From Armatimonadota bacterium (lineage in GTDB: Bacteria > Armatimonadota > UBA5829 > DTLH01): 64,000 nt of DNA. The stretch covers positions 192,001-256,000 of the forward strand of contig JBDKUN010000033.1 in NCBI GenBank assembly GCA_039679675.1. Reading direction: 5' to 3'. Below are positions 49,904-59,901 of the stretch, one piece after another. The translations under genes were made by a program, and so were the position numbers. Each line of letters opens with the position of its first letter. Position 1 is the stretch's first letter. The notes below the pieces were generated by a model. The model had not been told where the DNA came from. It ran no database searches and saw only the letters and a program-made list of their open reading frames with translations.

Positions 49904-50010
49904 AAACGCAGAAAAAACAGGGCAATTATGTAACGGCTCTGCCTTTTTGTGGCGAACATTAAGTTAGCTCCCCTGGCTGGACGATTTTGGAACCTTTTGG
50001 GCGAGGGGGA
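49904..50010 (+). repeat. att-like direct repeat, copy A
   Basis: AAACGCAGAAAAAACAGGGCAATTATGTAACGGCTCTGCC..TTAAGTTAGCTCCCCTGGCTGGACGATTTTGGAACCTTTT; aligns to 62399-62500 and 63890-63958. Confidence 0.7.
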
Positions 50011-50331
50011 GCATTGCGATAACAGTTCCAATGCTCTGCATCGTGTCACTTAGCAGGTAGAGGCGGAATACTGCAGATGGCACAAGTATATGCGACAGAT
50101 GTGCCCAATTCTAAAACGCAATTACAGCCAACTGGCCTCCTATACTGATGAATCTGTATGCAATAAATAGGAAAGAGCCTACTTGGCGTCGAATATATAG
50201 ACATTGGCATATTGCAACTGGCTTAGGTTGCATGCAACCGGAGCAAGAGACTTAGGCCGATGCAATACTAGCAGTCTGGCAATACCGACATTAATGCAGC
50301 CTATCAAGGGCTAAAAGCGAGATCATAAACA

Positions 50332-52044
50332 TTGAGACTAAGTAAAATCCGCTTCAAGAACGTGAAAGGTTTCCGAGAAGACAAGACCGCGCCAGATGGT
50401 TACCAAGAGATGATCTTTGATGAGCGGATGAACATATTAATTGGCCGCAATGGCTCTGGTAAATCAACAATTCTTGAAATCATCGCATTTCTTAGTTATG
50501 GATATGACGACCATCTAACGCAATATTGTCACGATAACCTACATTTCCCTCCATATGGACCTGATACCAAAGTAGAAGTTACCCTGATCGATACTGATAG
50601 TATTGTTGTCGAATATTCTGCAGAGGAATACGGACATCCAATAAAAGCGAGGAGCAAAATTGACGTTGTGGATTCAGATAAGGGATGTGAAGTGATGTAC
50701 AGGCTGAAAATAGACCGTATATTGCTGAACAGTACTCAATGTTTGACGAACATCAGTATCAAAAACTTTCTCCTATCCTCTCGATTCCGCGAGCAGGATG
50801 CAGTTAATGATTGTGTTCCATCCTCAATAGAACACATATTGCCTAGTTTATGCGAGTTTCACACTAATTGCCACTCATTGTATTGCGATGCTAGCAATCT
50901 ACAGGAATTTGTCAACGATCGATATCGCAGTATCTTTCATTATGTCGATGACAAATGGAGAATTAACCTTGCATACACAAAGGACAAAGTAATGGAGTTC
51001 TTACGAGACCACTTTGATATTGATGTGATTTACGAACGCATGCCCAATGATGGAACCGTCAACAGAACAAATATTAGGAACCGATGTTCTGGAATGATCT
51101 ATCTGGCTACCCAAGAAGCACATGGAATTGTCTGGTTATTGCAGGTAGCACTTCGCGCAATAGATTGCGCGCCACATTTCATATTGATTGATGAACCAGA
51201 AAGTTACTTGCATCCGGAATATCAGGCGAGACTTATAAACGCATTGGCGACAATCGATGTGCAACTTATCATAGCAACACATTCATCAGTATTCATTGAC
51301 CAGACATTCGATCTCAACGTCAGCTTATTCCATTTTATAACACGTGGATGTAACAGATACATAAGTCCCGTCTCGCGGAGCGGCTCGTTGTTTCCAGTTC
51401 TTCAGGATCTTGGCATAAAACCAAGCCAGATACTTCAAACAAATGGTGTTGTCTGGGTTGAGGGAGATACAGATAGGTTATATCTCAAAAAATGGATTCG
51501 TATCTACTGTGAACAAAATTGCAAACCAGAGCCCATTGAGGGCATCCATTACTCAATGCTGGAATACGGTGGAAAATGCTTGAGCCACCTCACGCTTGCA
51601 TCTGCAGAAATCAGTTATCTGAAGACCCGCGACCTTTCTATGCTAATTCCCGTAATGTGCAACAATCATAATAATTTTATAGTTATGGATAGCGATAAGA
51701 AACACGAATGTGATGAAATCAACGAGACTAAACGTCGAATCGCTAATGAGTGCGCTGGAAGAGTCTGGATTACTTCAGGAAAGGAAATTGAAAACTATGT
51801 TCCACAGGAAGCTCTTGGTTTTCCACTAAACAAGTTCGAGTCAATTGAGCATATATACGGAGAGAATTATCCTGCCATTGATAGGCAAACCGGGAAATCC
51901 AAACCTGCTACGCTGAATAAATCGAAGTTCGCACGCTCGATAATCGACAAGATATCAAGTGACAATTGGCTTCACCTACCTGATCTAGAAGAAAATATAG
52001 AGAATTTAGTTAGTACGATCAACCAATGGAATAGTTATGATTAG
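50332..52044 (+). CDS. OLD-family ATP-dependent nuclease (ABC ATPase + TOPRIM)
   Basis: N.KGF, Walker A GRNGSGKST, Walker B LIDEPE.YLHP, IATHS; TOPRIM WVEG.TD, MDSD, EIENY; TTG start, AT-rich. Confidence 0.8.
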   Translation: MRLSKIRFKNVKGFREDKTAPDGYQEMIFDERMNILIGRNGSGKSTILEIIAFLSYGYDDHLTQYCHDNLHFPPYGPDTKVEVTLIDTDSIVVEYSAEEYGHPIKARSKIDVVDSDKGCEVMYRLKIDRILLNSTQCLTNISIKNFLLSSRFREQDAVNDCVPSSIEHILPSLCEFHTNCHSLYCDASNLQEFVNDRYRSIFHYVDDKWRINLAYTKDKVMEFLRDHFDIDVIYERMPNDGTVNRTNIRNRCSGMIYLATQEAHGIVWLLQVALRAIDCAPHFILIDEPESYLHPEYQARLINALATIDVQLIIATHSSVFIDQTFDLNVSLFHFITRGCNRYISPVSRSGSLFPVLQDLGIKPSQILQTNGVVWVEGDTDRLYLKKWIRIYCEQNCKPEPIEGIHYSMLEYGGKCLSHLTLASAEISYLKTRDLSMLIPVMCNNHNNFIVMDSDKKHECDEINETKRRIANECAGRVWITSGKEIENYVPQEALGFPLNKFESIEHIYGENYPAIDRQTGKSKPATLNKSKFARSIIDKISSDNWLHLPDLEENIENLVSTINQWNSYD

Positions 52045-52377
52045 AAGGAATATTGTGCGCTATGGGAGCGTGCTTGTATCAACATATGGATTTATACCTT
52101 CAAGAACCCCAGTAGCGCTTTCTTAGGTTAATCTGTGTGAACTCTACTTCACAATTATTCCCTTTGGTAACTGTTTACCTTTCCTTGTTTCGGAAGTCCC
52201 TTTCCCGAAATACAGCACGCTGATTCACATCTTGGCTCGGGCATGCCTCTTGAACGTGCAGAGCCTTGGGACGGAGATTTCGGCGATGGCGGATGAGTTC
52301 TAGACTTACTCACATCTCGGCAATCCACCACCTGATGCGCGGCACAGCCGTTGAGAATCCGCAGAACGCCAAACTCA

Positions 52378-53124
52378 TCACCGCTTCATTAGCGCGAACA
52401 CACCCCAGCCTAAGTATTCACGCGTGTAAGTGGCGTAGCGCTCAGGTTCCGAGGTCAGTTCGGCTCGAACATCCTTTGCGAGCTCGTCGTCGGGATTGGC
52501 ATCAAGCCATCGGCGCATGGTGAGCCATTTAGCTGCCTCGTATCTATCCCAGCCGTCTTGGTTTGCCAAAACCATTTCCACGATGTCGTAGCCGAGGCGG
52601 CCGAAAGACGCAATAAGTTCTGGAAGCATGAGAAAGTCGGAGATTGCGTGGGCAAGGCATCCTTTGACAACATCTTCTGTCGATGGTAATTGCCTCCAGT
52701 AGGGCTCTCCGATGAGGATAATCCCTCCGTCTTGAAGACTCCGAGCCAGAAGCTCGATAGTGCCGGCGACTCCCCCGGCAATCCAAGTGGCGCCGACACA
52801 GGCTGCCACACCGACCTTTTCGTCAGAGACGTAGCCCGCAGCATCGCCATGGATGAACTTGACTTGATCAGCCACCCCAAGTTCTTCAGCGCGGAGTTTA
52901 GCTTGCTCGGTGAACAACTGGCTCATGTCGATTCCGGTGCCAATAATGCCGTAATCGCGAGCCCATGTGCACAGCATCTCCCCCGAACCGCTGCCGAGGT
53001 CGAGCACTCGGGTTCCTGTTTCTAGACGCAGTGCTGCGCCAAGAGTGGCGAGCTTTTCGGGTGTGAACGGGTTATGGATGCGATGAGTACTTTCGGTGAT
53101 GTTGAAGATCCGTGGAATGTCCAT
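52378..53124 (-). CDS. SAM-dependent methyltransferase, YjhP-like
   Basis: MDIPRIF.I.ES.HRIHNPFT.EK, LDLGSGSGE, ACVGATWI, IGEPYW, REYLGWGVF; RBS AAGGAG. Confidence 0.85.
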   Translation of the reverse strand: MDIPRIFNITESTHRIHNPFTPEKLATLGAALRLETGTRVLDLGSGSGEMLCTWARDYGIIGTGIDMSQLFTEQAKLRAEELGVADQVKFIHGDAAGYVSDEKVGVAACVGATWIAGGVAGTIELLARSLQDGGIILIGEPYWRQLPSTEDVVKGCLAHAISDFLMLPELIASFGRLGYDIVEMVLANQDGWDRYEAAKWLTMRRWLDANPDDELAKDVRAELTSEPERYATYTREYLGWGVFALMKR

Positions 53125-53212
53125 ATCGGAAAATCTCCTTATGAGTGTGAATTGAATAGATTCGGCCACAGCCCAGCCAGAAGATATACGTTTTCCCGGC
53201 TTCCTAGGGGTC

Positions 53213-53263
53213 GCACCTGTCCTGGACGAATTTAGAACTTTTTTGGAGGGCAAGGTCGGCTGA
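53213..53263 (+). repeat. att-like repeat, copy B (right half only)
   Basis: CCTGTCCTGGACGAATTTAGAACTTTTTTG matches the right half of copies A and C. Confidence 0.55.
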
Positions 53264-53322
53264 TTTACTCTTGATCTGCTAACAATAATCCCTAATCGGT
53301 GTGATGTGTCCATATCCTCATA

Positions 53323-53895
53323 TCAACCGGCATTTCGAGAGTCTTCGCCGATGGCTGCTTCGTATTCATCGCGAGAATAGAATGGAAATACTCGATGATC
53401 CCGTTGTGTCGCTTTGCCATGGAGCCAATCCAGAAGTATGAAAGTTGGCACAACCACTACAACAACAATTATAAAAAGCGGAGTACCTATGTTTACATTA
53501 AAGCCGAAACGTGCAAACAAAATCTGCATCTGCTCGGCAGCAACGAAGCACAGACACATAAAAACAACCAAGACAGGAATTATTACAGGAAGCAATAGAA
53601 GTGACCACAACGGCAGTTTTGTTTGTTGTTCCCATTGATACTCGTAGTTCGATCGAAGAAAAAGCTTCCAACGTTCCAGATCCATGTCATCGCGTAGATG
53701 GTGCAAATAGTGAAAGACTTCAACTGCACGATCTTTGGACTTGATACTCATTATATCCGAAAGATCAGAATCACTAAGCACGCCATGTTCTGCAAAGTGT
53801 AAGATCCTGTCTCTAGCCTCACGATCCACCATGCTTAATTCTCCATCAAGCGCTTCACAAAATACTGCTAACGATTCTTTTACGCGAAACGACAT
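53323..53895 (-). CDS. Hypothetical membrane protein (2 TM)
   Basis: 190 aa, two hydrophobic helices, ATG abuts the KdpD-N stop; ends FPF..R.EY. Confidence 0.6.
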   Translation of the reverse strand: MSFRVKESLAVFCEALDGELSMVDREARDRILHFAEHGVLSDSDLSDIMSIKSKDRAVEVFHYLHHLRDDMDLERWKLFLRSNYEYQWEQQTKLPLWSLLLLPVIIPVLVVFMCLCFVAAEQMQILFARFGFNVNIGTPLFIIVVVVVVPTFILLDWLHGKATQRDHRVFPFYSRDEYEAAIGEDSRNAG

Positions 53896-54993
53896 TCATT
53901 CTATACTTTTTTCTTTAGAATCTGCAACTATGATTATGTCGATGTCTTTGGTTTTCCTCATTATACGGTTGATGATCGACCCTTTTGCAATCTCCTGAGC
54001 CCTGCTGCGGGCTGATTGCCCCATTACAATGACAGTCGCGCCTGATTGTTCGGCATAACGGATGATTTCGTTTGCAACTGAGTCTCCTTCCAACTCAACC
54101 ACTCTGCCACCGAAGCTTTCAGCGAGCTTATATGCAATCTGAAGCTGTTCCTGTTCTCGCTTGGTCATACTGGCTCCTGGAGCTTTTACATATACCACGT
54201 CAAAAGTTCCCTGCATGCGTTTAGCTATCCGATAGCCACGTCGAACAAGTTTCAATGCCATTGGACGCGGTGCGATACACACGAGAACGTGCTCGCGTGC
54301 CAGTTTGGCCTCTGCCATATCGTGAGCTTCCATGTACTCATGGAGCTGCTCGTCCACTTCTTCCACTGTTCTCTGGAGCGCAAGTTCCCGCAGCGCAACA
54401 ATGTTGCCCTTTCTGAAGAAATTGGCAAGAGCTTGCGGTATTTTCTCTTCATGATAGATGTCGCCCCGCATCAGGCGGTTTATAAGCGCATCTGGAGTAA
54501 GATCGACAAGTTCTATCTCATCAGCAGTATCAACGACCCAATCAGGAACAGTCTCGCGGACACGCACGCCGGTGATCTCATAAACTACATCGTTCAGGCT
54601 TTCAACATGCTGGATGTTCAGAGTAGTGATGATGTTAATACCGGCATCCTGTATCTCCTTGATGCTCTGCCATCTTTTTGTATGCACTGTGCCGGGGACA
54701 TTCGTGTGAGCTAATTCGTCTATCATAACCCATTCCGGGCAGCGGGCTATCACAGCAGCCGTATCGAGCTCGTAGAAGGTAGTGCCTCGATATTCGATTT
54801 TCTTGAGCGGTATCTGCTCGAAACCTTGCATAAGCTCGGCTGTGGCAGGGCGTCCGTGAGTCTCGATGAAGCCAATAACAATATCTTCGCCACGGCTGAG
54901 ACGCCTGCGGGCTTCGGAAAGCATCTTATAAGTCTTTCCGACACCGGCTACCGCTCCGAGAAATATTTTGAGTCTGCCCTTTTTCTGATTCAT
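53896..54993 (-). CDS. kdpD: KdpD N-terminal half (KdpD domain + Usp), split sensor
   Basis: GRLKIFLG..GVGKTY.ML, ETHGR, DELAHTN, TTLNIQHVESLND, N...LRELAL, C-terminal Usp; no TM or kinase. Confidence 0.9.
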   Translation of the reverse strand: MNQKKGRLKIFLGAVAGVGKTYKMLSEARRRLSRGEDIVIGFIETHGRPATAELMQGFEQIPLKKIEYRGTTFYELDTAAVIARCPEWVMIDELAHTNVPGTVHTKRWQSIKEIQDAGINIITTLNIQHVESLNDVVYEITGVRVRETVPDWVVDTADEIELVDLTPDALINRLMRGDIYHEEKIPQALANFFRKGNIVALRELALQRTVEEVDEQLHEYMEAHDMAEAKLAREHVLVCIAPRPMALKLVRRGYRIAKRMQGTFDVVYVKAPGASMTKREQEQLQIAYKLAESFGGRVVELEGDSVANEIIRYAEQSGATVIVMGQSARSRAQEIAKGSIINRIMRKTKDIDIIIVADSKEKSIE

Positions 54994-55577
54994 CTGGTGT
55001 TTTCACTCAATCTATCCAGTGCTCTGTTGATTCGGAGTATATTTACTCTCGGTTCACCCAGAAAACCGAATGTGCGCCTGGTGGTGCTACTGTCCACGAG
55101 CCTTTTGATGCTGTCAGCAGATATACCACGCACTTTTGCCACTCTCAAAGACTGGGCATAAGCATTAGCGACACTTATGTCCGGGTCCAGCCCGCTTCCT
55201 GATGCAGTCACCATATCTACAGGTACTCTCCCTTTAGCAAGCCCCGGATTTTCTCTGATTGAAGCATCCAAACGGCTTCTTACAGTACCGGCAAGCACTT
55301 TATTGGTTGGCCCAAGGTTCGACCCGCCGGACGACGTGGCATCGTACCCGCCTCCAGCTGCAGATGGGCGAGGGTGGAAGTAGCCTGGACTGGTAAACGA
55401 CTGTCCGATCAACTCAGAACCGATCACATTGTTGTTAACCTTTACCAAACTGCCATTTGCCTGCCGTGGAAAGACCACCTGCGCTATGCCGGTCATAAGC
55501 AGCGGGTAGATCACTCCAAACAGCAGTATTGTAACAAACGCCAGACGGATTGCAATATGCATATGTCTTCCCATCAT
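54990..55577 (-). CDS. kdpC: K+-transporting ATPase subunit C
   Basis: YP...TG.AQ..FP.QANGS, GSELIGQ.F, YF..RPSA, TASGSGLDP.IS, GEPRVN. Confidence 0.95.
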   Translation of the reverse strand: MMGRHMHIAIRLAFVTILLFGVIYPLLMTGIAQVVFPRQANGSLVKVNNNVIGSELIGQSFTSPGYFHPRPSAAGGGYDATSSGGSNLGPTNKVLAGTVRSRLDASIRENPGLAKGRVPVDMVTASGSGLDPDISVANAYAQSLRVAKVRGISADSIKRLVDSSTTRRTFGFLGEPRVNILRINRALDRLSENTR

Positions 55578-55584
55578 TAACTCC

Positions 55585-57690
55585 TTAACCCGCCAGACCA
55601 AGAGCGACCAGCGCCATATCAATCAGCTTCAAACCTATAAAAGGAACAACCATTCCGCCTGCTCCATAGATCAACAGATTGCGCTGCAAGAGCGTCGCTG
55701 CCCCAAGCGGGCGATATTTCACTCCTCGAAGAGCAAGAGGGATGAGTGCAACGATTATCAGCGCGTTGAAGATGATTGCCGATAGAATCGCGCTGTGCGG
55801 TGAGTGGAGTCTCATGATATTGAGCTTATCGAGCACAGGGTAGGTCGAAGCAAAAATAGCCGGAATGATAGCGAAATACTTGGCCACATCATTCGCAATG
55901 CTGAATGTAGTTAGCGCTCCGCGCGTCATGAGAAGCTGCTTTCCTATCTCGACGATTTCTATAAGCTTTGTCGGGTTGGAGTCGAGGTCCACCATGTTCC
56001 CGGCTTCCTTTGCCGCCATGGTTCCGGTGTTCATGGCAACACCCACGTCCGCCTGAGCAAGCGCAGGAGCGTCGTTTGTGCCGTCACCGGTCATCGCGAC
56101 AAGCTTACCCTGGGACTGTTCTTTTTTGATAAGCTCCATCTTGTTTTCGGGTGTAGCCTGCGCCAGAAAATCGTCTACTCCGGCCTCTTTCGAAATTGCA
56201 GCCGCAGTAAGGGTATTGTCTCCGGTAATCATAACCGTGCGTATCCCCATTGCTCTGAGCTGGTCGAACCTTTCTTTGATGCCGCCTTTCAAAATATCCT
56301 TAAGGTAAATTACACCTATGACGCTTTCGTCCTTAGCTACGACCAGCGGTGTGCCGCCCGAATTAGAGACGGATTCGACTATTGGCCTAAGCTGTTTTGG
56401 TATTGAACCCCCCTGCTGCTCAACCCAGGATGTAACGGCATCTGCAGCACCCTTACGTATGCAGCAGCTGTCCAAATCAATTCCACTCATTCTGGTTTGT
56501 GCAGTAAATTCTACAAACTCTGCATCCGGCGGAATATGTCTGTCTCTGAAGCCATATTTCTTGGCAAGCACGACTATCGACCTGCCTTCAGGAGTCTCAT
56601 CACTAAAGGATGCAAGCTGCGCAATGTCGGCAACATCCCTTTCAGAGTAGCCGTTTACCGGAATGAACTCCGCTGCCTGCCGGTTTCCGAGTGTAATGGT
56701 GCCGGTTTTGTCGAGAAGAAGCGTGTTGACATCACCGGCTGCTTCTACGGCGCGTCCTGACATCGCAAGCACATTGTGCTGGACAAGGCGGTCCATCCCG
56801 GCGATTCCGATAGCTGAAAGCAGGCCGCCGATGGTTGTTGGTATGAGGCACACCAAGAGCGCGATCAAGACCGATATTGGGACTGCACCACCGGAATAGA
56901 TGGCATAGCATTCAAGAGTGATAACTACAAGCATAAAAATGATCGTAAGCCCAGCCAGGAGGATGTCCAGAGCTATTTCATTTGGTGTTTTTTGCCTTGA
57001 TGCACCTTCGACCAGCGAAATCATCCTGTCAAGAAAGCTCTTTCCCGGCTCGGACATGACTTTTACCTTTATCTGGTCTGAAAGGACTCTTGTGCCGCCC
57101 GTTACTGCGCTCCTGTCACCGCCGCTCTCACGGATTACCGGCGCTGATTCTCCTGTGATTGCTGATTCATCGACAGAAGCGATACCTTCCACGACTTCCC
57201 CATCGCCGGGTATGATTTCGCCGGATGAGACTACTACTATATCGCCCCGTCTTAGCTGCGTTGCAGGTACTTGCCGCACTTCACCTTCCAAAAGGAGGTT
57301 AGCAGTCGTCTCAGTCTTCATTTTGCGGAGTGTATCAGCTTGTGCCTTGCCACGGCCTTCCGCCATTGCTTCGGCGAAGTTGGCGAATATCACTGTGAAC
57401 CACAACCATCCGGCTATAGTCGACAGAAATGCTAAATTGGAGCCTCTGCTGACAGCTTCCGCGACTGCATAGTAAGTGCTGATGACGCTTCCGATCTCGA
57501 CAACGAACATGACCGGGTTGTGGATCATCTTTCTTGGATCGAGCTTCTTTAAGGCATCGAGGGATGCCTGAGGAATGAGTTGTGCTACTGATGCCTTTCG
57601 GCGAGACCTGCCTCTCGACACCTCATGGGTCGGCATCACAACCTTCGATCCATCTTCAGTGGTGTTATCTAGCGGAATGCGTTCCAACAC
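55585..57690 (-). CDS. kdpB: K+-transporting ATPase subunit B
   Basis: [45 protein letters not shown]. Confidence 0.96.
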   Translation of the reverse strand: MLERIPLDNTTEDGSKVVMPTHEVSRGRSRRKASVAQLIPQASLDALKKLDPRKMIHNPVMFVVEIGSVISTYYAVAEAVSRGSNLAFLSTIAGWLWFTVIFANFAEAMAEGRGKAQADTLRKMKTETTANLLLEGEVRQVPATQLRRGDIVVVSSGEIIPGDGEVVEGIASVDESAITGESAPVIRESGGDRSAVTGGTRVLSDQIKVKVMSEPGKSFLDRMISLVEGASRQKTPNEIALDILLAGLTIIFMLVVITLECYAIYSGGAVPISVLIALLVCLIPTTIGGLLSAIGIAGMDRLVQHNVLAMSGRAVEAAGDVNTLLLDKTGTITLGNRQAAEFIPVNGYSERDVADIAQLASFSDETPEGRSIVVLAKKYGFRDRHIPPDAEFVEFTAQTRMSGIDLDSCCIRKGAADAVTSWVEQQGGSIPKQLRPIVESVSNSGGTPLVVAKDESVIGVIYLKDILKGGIKERFDQLRAMGIRTVMITGDNTLTAAAISKEAGVDDFLAQATPENKMELIKKEQSQGKLVAMTGDGTNDAPALAQADVGVAMNTGTMAAKEAGNMVDLDSNPTKLIEIVEIGKQLLMTRGALTTFSIANDVAKYFAIIPAIFASTYPVLDKLNIMRLHSPHSAILSAIIFNALIIVALIPLALRGVKYRPLGAATLLQRNLLIYGAGGMVVPFIGLKLIDMALVALGLAG

Positions 57691-57704
57691 TTCTCATAAC
57701 CTCC

Positions 57705-59426
57705 CTAAAAGAGCTTCCCCGCATGCATCAGCAAGTGTTCGACGACGGGTCCGAGTGCGAATGCCGGGAAAAATGTGAGCGCTCCGACAATGAGTATCAC
57801 TCCTACGAGTAGACCCACAAACAGCCCGCCTGTTGTAGGAAACGTCCCGCTAGATTGCGGCACTCGCTTCTTTTTTACAAGTGAGCCTGCGATTGCCATG
57901 ACCGGTACTATGAATAAAAACCTGCCGGTAAGCATCGCAAGCCCTAAAACTGTGTTATAGAAGGGTGTATTTACGCTAAGTCCCGCAAATGCGCTCCCGT
58001 TATTGCCTGTAGCGGAGGTTGCGGCGTATAGCATCTCCGTAAGGCCATGCGGCCCCATATTGAGCCGCCCGCTAAGGCCTGAATGTGTGACCGATGCCGC
58101 CGCACTGAAACCCAGAATGCTTGCCACGAGTACAAGGATTGCAAGCATCGCCATCTTCATCTCTTTTCCCTCGATCTTCTTTCCGAGGTATTCAGGAGTC
58201 CGTCCCACCATAAGTCCGGCTATAAAAACGGCAAGAATTGCAAACACCAGCATTCCAAGCAGGCCTGATCCGGCCCCTCCGAATATGATCTCGCCGAGAG
58301 CGATGTTGAGCATGGCGATTCCGCCGCCGAGGGGAGTATAGCTATCGAGCATCGAGTTGACTGCTCCGCAGGAAGCGTCCGTGGTCGCTGTGGCAAACAG
58401 TGCCGAGCCGGAAATACCAAAACGCACTTCCTTGCCTTCCATATTGCCGAGAGCATGGCTCACTCCAATGCGAGACATTATCGGGTTCCCGCTCTGCTCT
58501 GCCCAGTAGATGCAGCTTACTCCAACGAGAAACAGGATTAACATAGCTGAAAAGAGCGCCCAACCCTGCCTCTGGTTTCTTGCAAATCGCCCGAAAGTAT
58601 AGGTCAGCCCCGCCGGAATAATCAAAAGTGCCAGCACCTGCAGAAAATTCGTAAGTGGTGTAGGGTTCTCATATGGGTGCGCAGAGTTGGCACCGAAGAA
58701 GCCGCCCCCGTTGGTGCCGAGCATCTTGATAGCCTCCTGCGAAGCTACGGGACCCTGCGGGATAATTTGTCTGGCGCCTTCCACAGTTGCTGCATGCACA
58801 TAGGAAGACAAATTCTGGATGACGCCCTGCGACATAAGGATCAGCGCAAACACAATCGACATCGGCAAGAGCACCCAGAGACACCCGCGAATAAGATCGA
58901 CCCAGAAGTTGCCGATTTCCTCCATCGATTCACGTGTGAGCGCCCGGATAAAGGCTATCGCAATGGCCAGGCCCACTCCAGCAGAGATAAAGTTTTGCCA
59001 TGTGAGCCCTGCCATCTGTGTGAAATACGTTGCGGCATTCTCACCTGCGTATGCCTGCCAGTTGGTGTTAGTCACAAAGCTTACCGCCGTGTTAAAGGCG
59101 AGAAAAGGGCTCATGGATGGCGCATGGGCTGCGTTCCAAGGATGGATACTCTGAAGCCTGAGTATGAAGTATAGAATCAGGATGCTTATCATGCTGAAAA
59201 TCAGCAGTGTAGACGTATAAGTCGTCCACTTCATCTCGCTTTCAGGGTCGATTCCGCACACACTGTAAATCCAGCTCTCAATGGGCTTAAGCACAGGGTC
59301 AAGCAGTGTCTTTTCACGTTTAAATACGCGGGCTATGTACGCTCCCATGGGCTTTGTAAGTGCTAAAAGGATAAGCACAAACACTACTATCTGAGCTATT
59401 CCAATCCATATCATCTCGGACACCAC
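57705..59426 (-). CDS. kdpA: K+-transporting ATPase subunit A
   Basis: NTAVSFVTNTNWQ, GTNGGG, SCGAVN, LMVGRTPEY, NNGSAFAG. Confidence 0.96.
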   Translation of the reverse strand: MVSEMIWIGIAQIVVFVLILLALTKPMGAYIARVFKREKTLLDPVLKPIESWIYSVCGIDPESEMKWTTYTSTLLIFSMISILILYFILRLQSIHPWNAAHAPSMSPFLAFNTAVSFVTNTNWQAYAGENAATYFTQMAGLTWQNFISAGVGLAIAIAFIRALTRESMEEIGNFWVDLIRGCLWVLLPMSIVFALILMSQGVIQNLSSYVHAATVEGARQIIPQGPVASQEAIKMLGTNGGGFFGANSAHPYENPTPLTNFLQVLALLIIPAGLTYTFGRFARNQRQGWALFSAMLILFLVGVSCIYWAEQSGNPIMSRIGVSHALGNMEGKEVRFGISGSALFATATTDASCGAVNSMLDSYTPLGGGIAMLNIALGEIIFGGAGSGLLGMLVFAILAVFIAGLMVGRTPEYLGKKIEGKEMKMAMLAILVLVASILGFSAAASVTHSGLSGRLNMGPHGLTEMLYAATSATGNNGSAFAGLSVNTPFYNTVLGLAMLTGRFLFIVPVMAIAGSLVKKKRVPQSSGTFPTTGGLFVGLLVGVILIVGALTFFPAFALGPVVEHLLMHAGKLF

Positions 59427-59429
59427 GCC

Positions 59430-59519
59430 CTAAAGCCTTTCCGGCTGCAGAAGGCAGAAAAGCAGGTAAGCTAAGAGACCTGCTGAGATTACCCCGACTA
59501 TTATGTAATCAATACTCAT
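59430..59519 (-). CDS. kdpF: K+-transporting ATPase subunit F (29 aa)
   Basis: Hand-translated MSIDYIIVGVISAGLLAYLLFCLLQPERL; YL...L..PE(R/K) motif directly before kdpA. Confidence 0.85.
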   Translation of the reverse strand: MSIDYIIVGVISAGLLAYLLFCLLQPERL

Positions 59520-59530
59520 ATACTTTCTCC

Positions 59531-59614
59531 CTATAGCCTCTCTGCTGCCATTACATAGAGCAGGCTCATCCAGAAAAACACCAGAATCGTTGCAATATAA
59601 GCGATATCAAGCAT
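59531..59614 (-). CDS. Small kdp-associated membrane peptide (27 aa)
   Basis: Hand-translated MLDIAYIATILVFFWMSLLYVMAAERL; GGAG upstream. Confidence 0.7.
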   Translation of the reverse strand: MLDIAYIATILVFFWMSLLYVMAAERL

Positions 59615-59780
59615 TACTTTGCTCCATTTTACCCTCAACAGTCGGAGACTCTTCTTCCTGATATGTCGCTATGCCTCCAAAACCATCTGAGCTGTACCAA
59701 TAGCGCATCTGATACCATGTATATAACTTCAAGATCATCGTAATAACCATCAAGGTCAGTAATTCATATAATGCACCCAT
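59607..59780 (-). CDS. Small leader ORF of the kdp operon (57 aa)
   Basis: RBS GGAGGT; MGALYELLTLMVITMILKLYTWYQMRYWYSSDGFGGIATYQEEESPTVEGKMEQSNA; stop overlaps the next start. Confidence 0.5.
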   Translation of the reverse strand: MGALYELLTLMVITMILKLYTWYQMRYWYSSDGFGGIATYQEEESPTVEGKMEQSNA

Positions 59781-59828
59781 TGGATTACCTCCTGAGCATA
59801 GCCATCAGGGCTTTGCTCATTCACTAAT

Positions 59829-59861
59829 AGTCTACCAATGGGGGTGTTAACGGGTTATAAA
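59829..59861 (-). promoter_or_regulatory. Putative KdpE box and -10 element
   Basis: Minus strand TTTATA-ACCCG-TTAACA-CCCC, similar to the E. coli site TTTATA-N5-TTTACA-CCCC, followed by TAGACT. Confidence 0.65.
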
Positions 59862-59901
59862 CCAGAGAAGTGACCTCATTAAGTTTTTGTATACTTAAGA
59901 A

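Noticed and set aside
53125..53313. N-terminal extension of the methyltransferase ORF
   Set aside because: The family-like sequence and RBS start at 53124, and the extension crosses repeat B.
57665..57697. Out-of-frame ATG mini-ORF at the kdpB start
   Set aside because: The ATG is only 2 nt from GGAGG; the in-frame GTG at 57690 has normal spacing.
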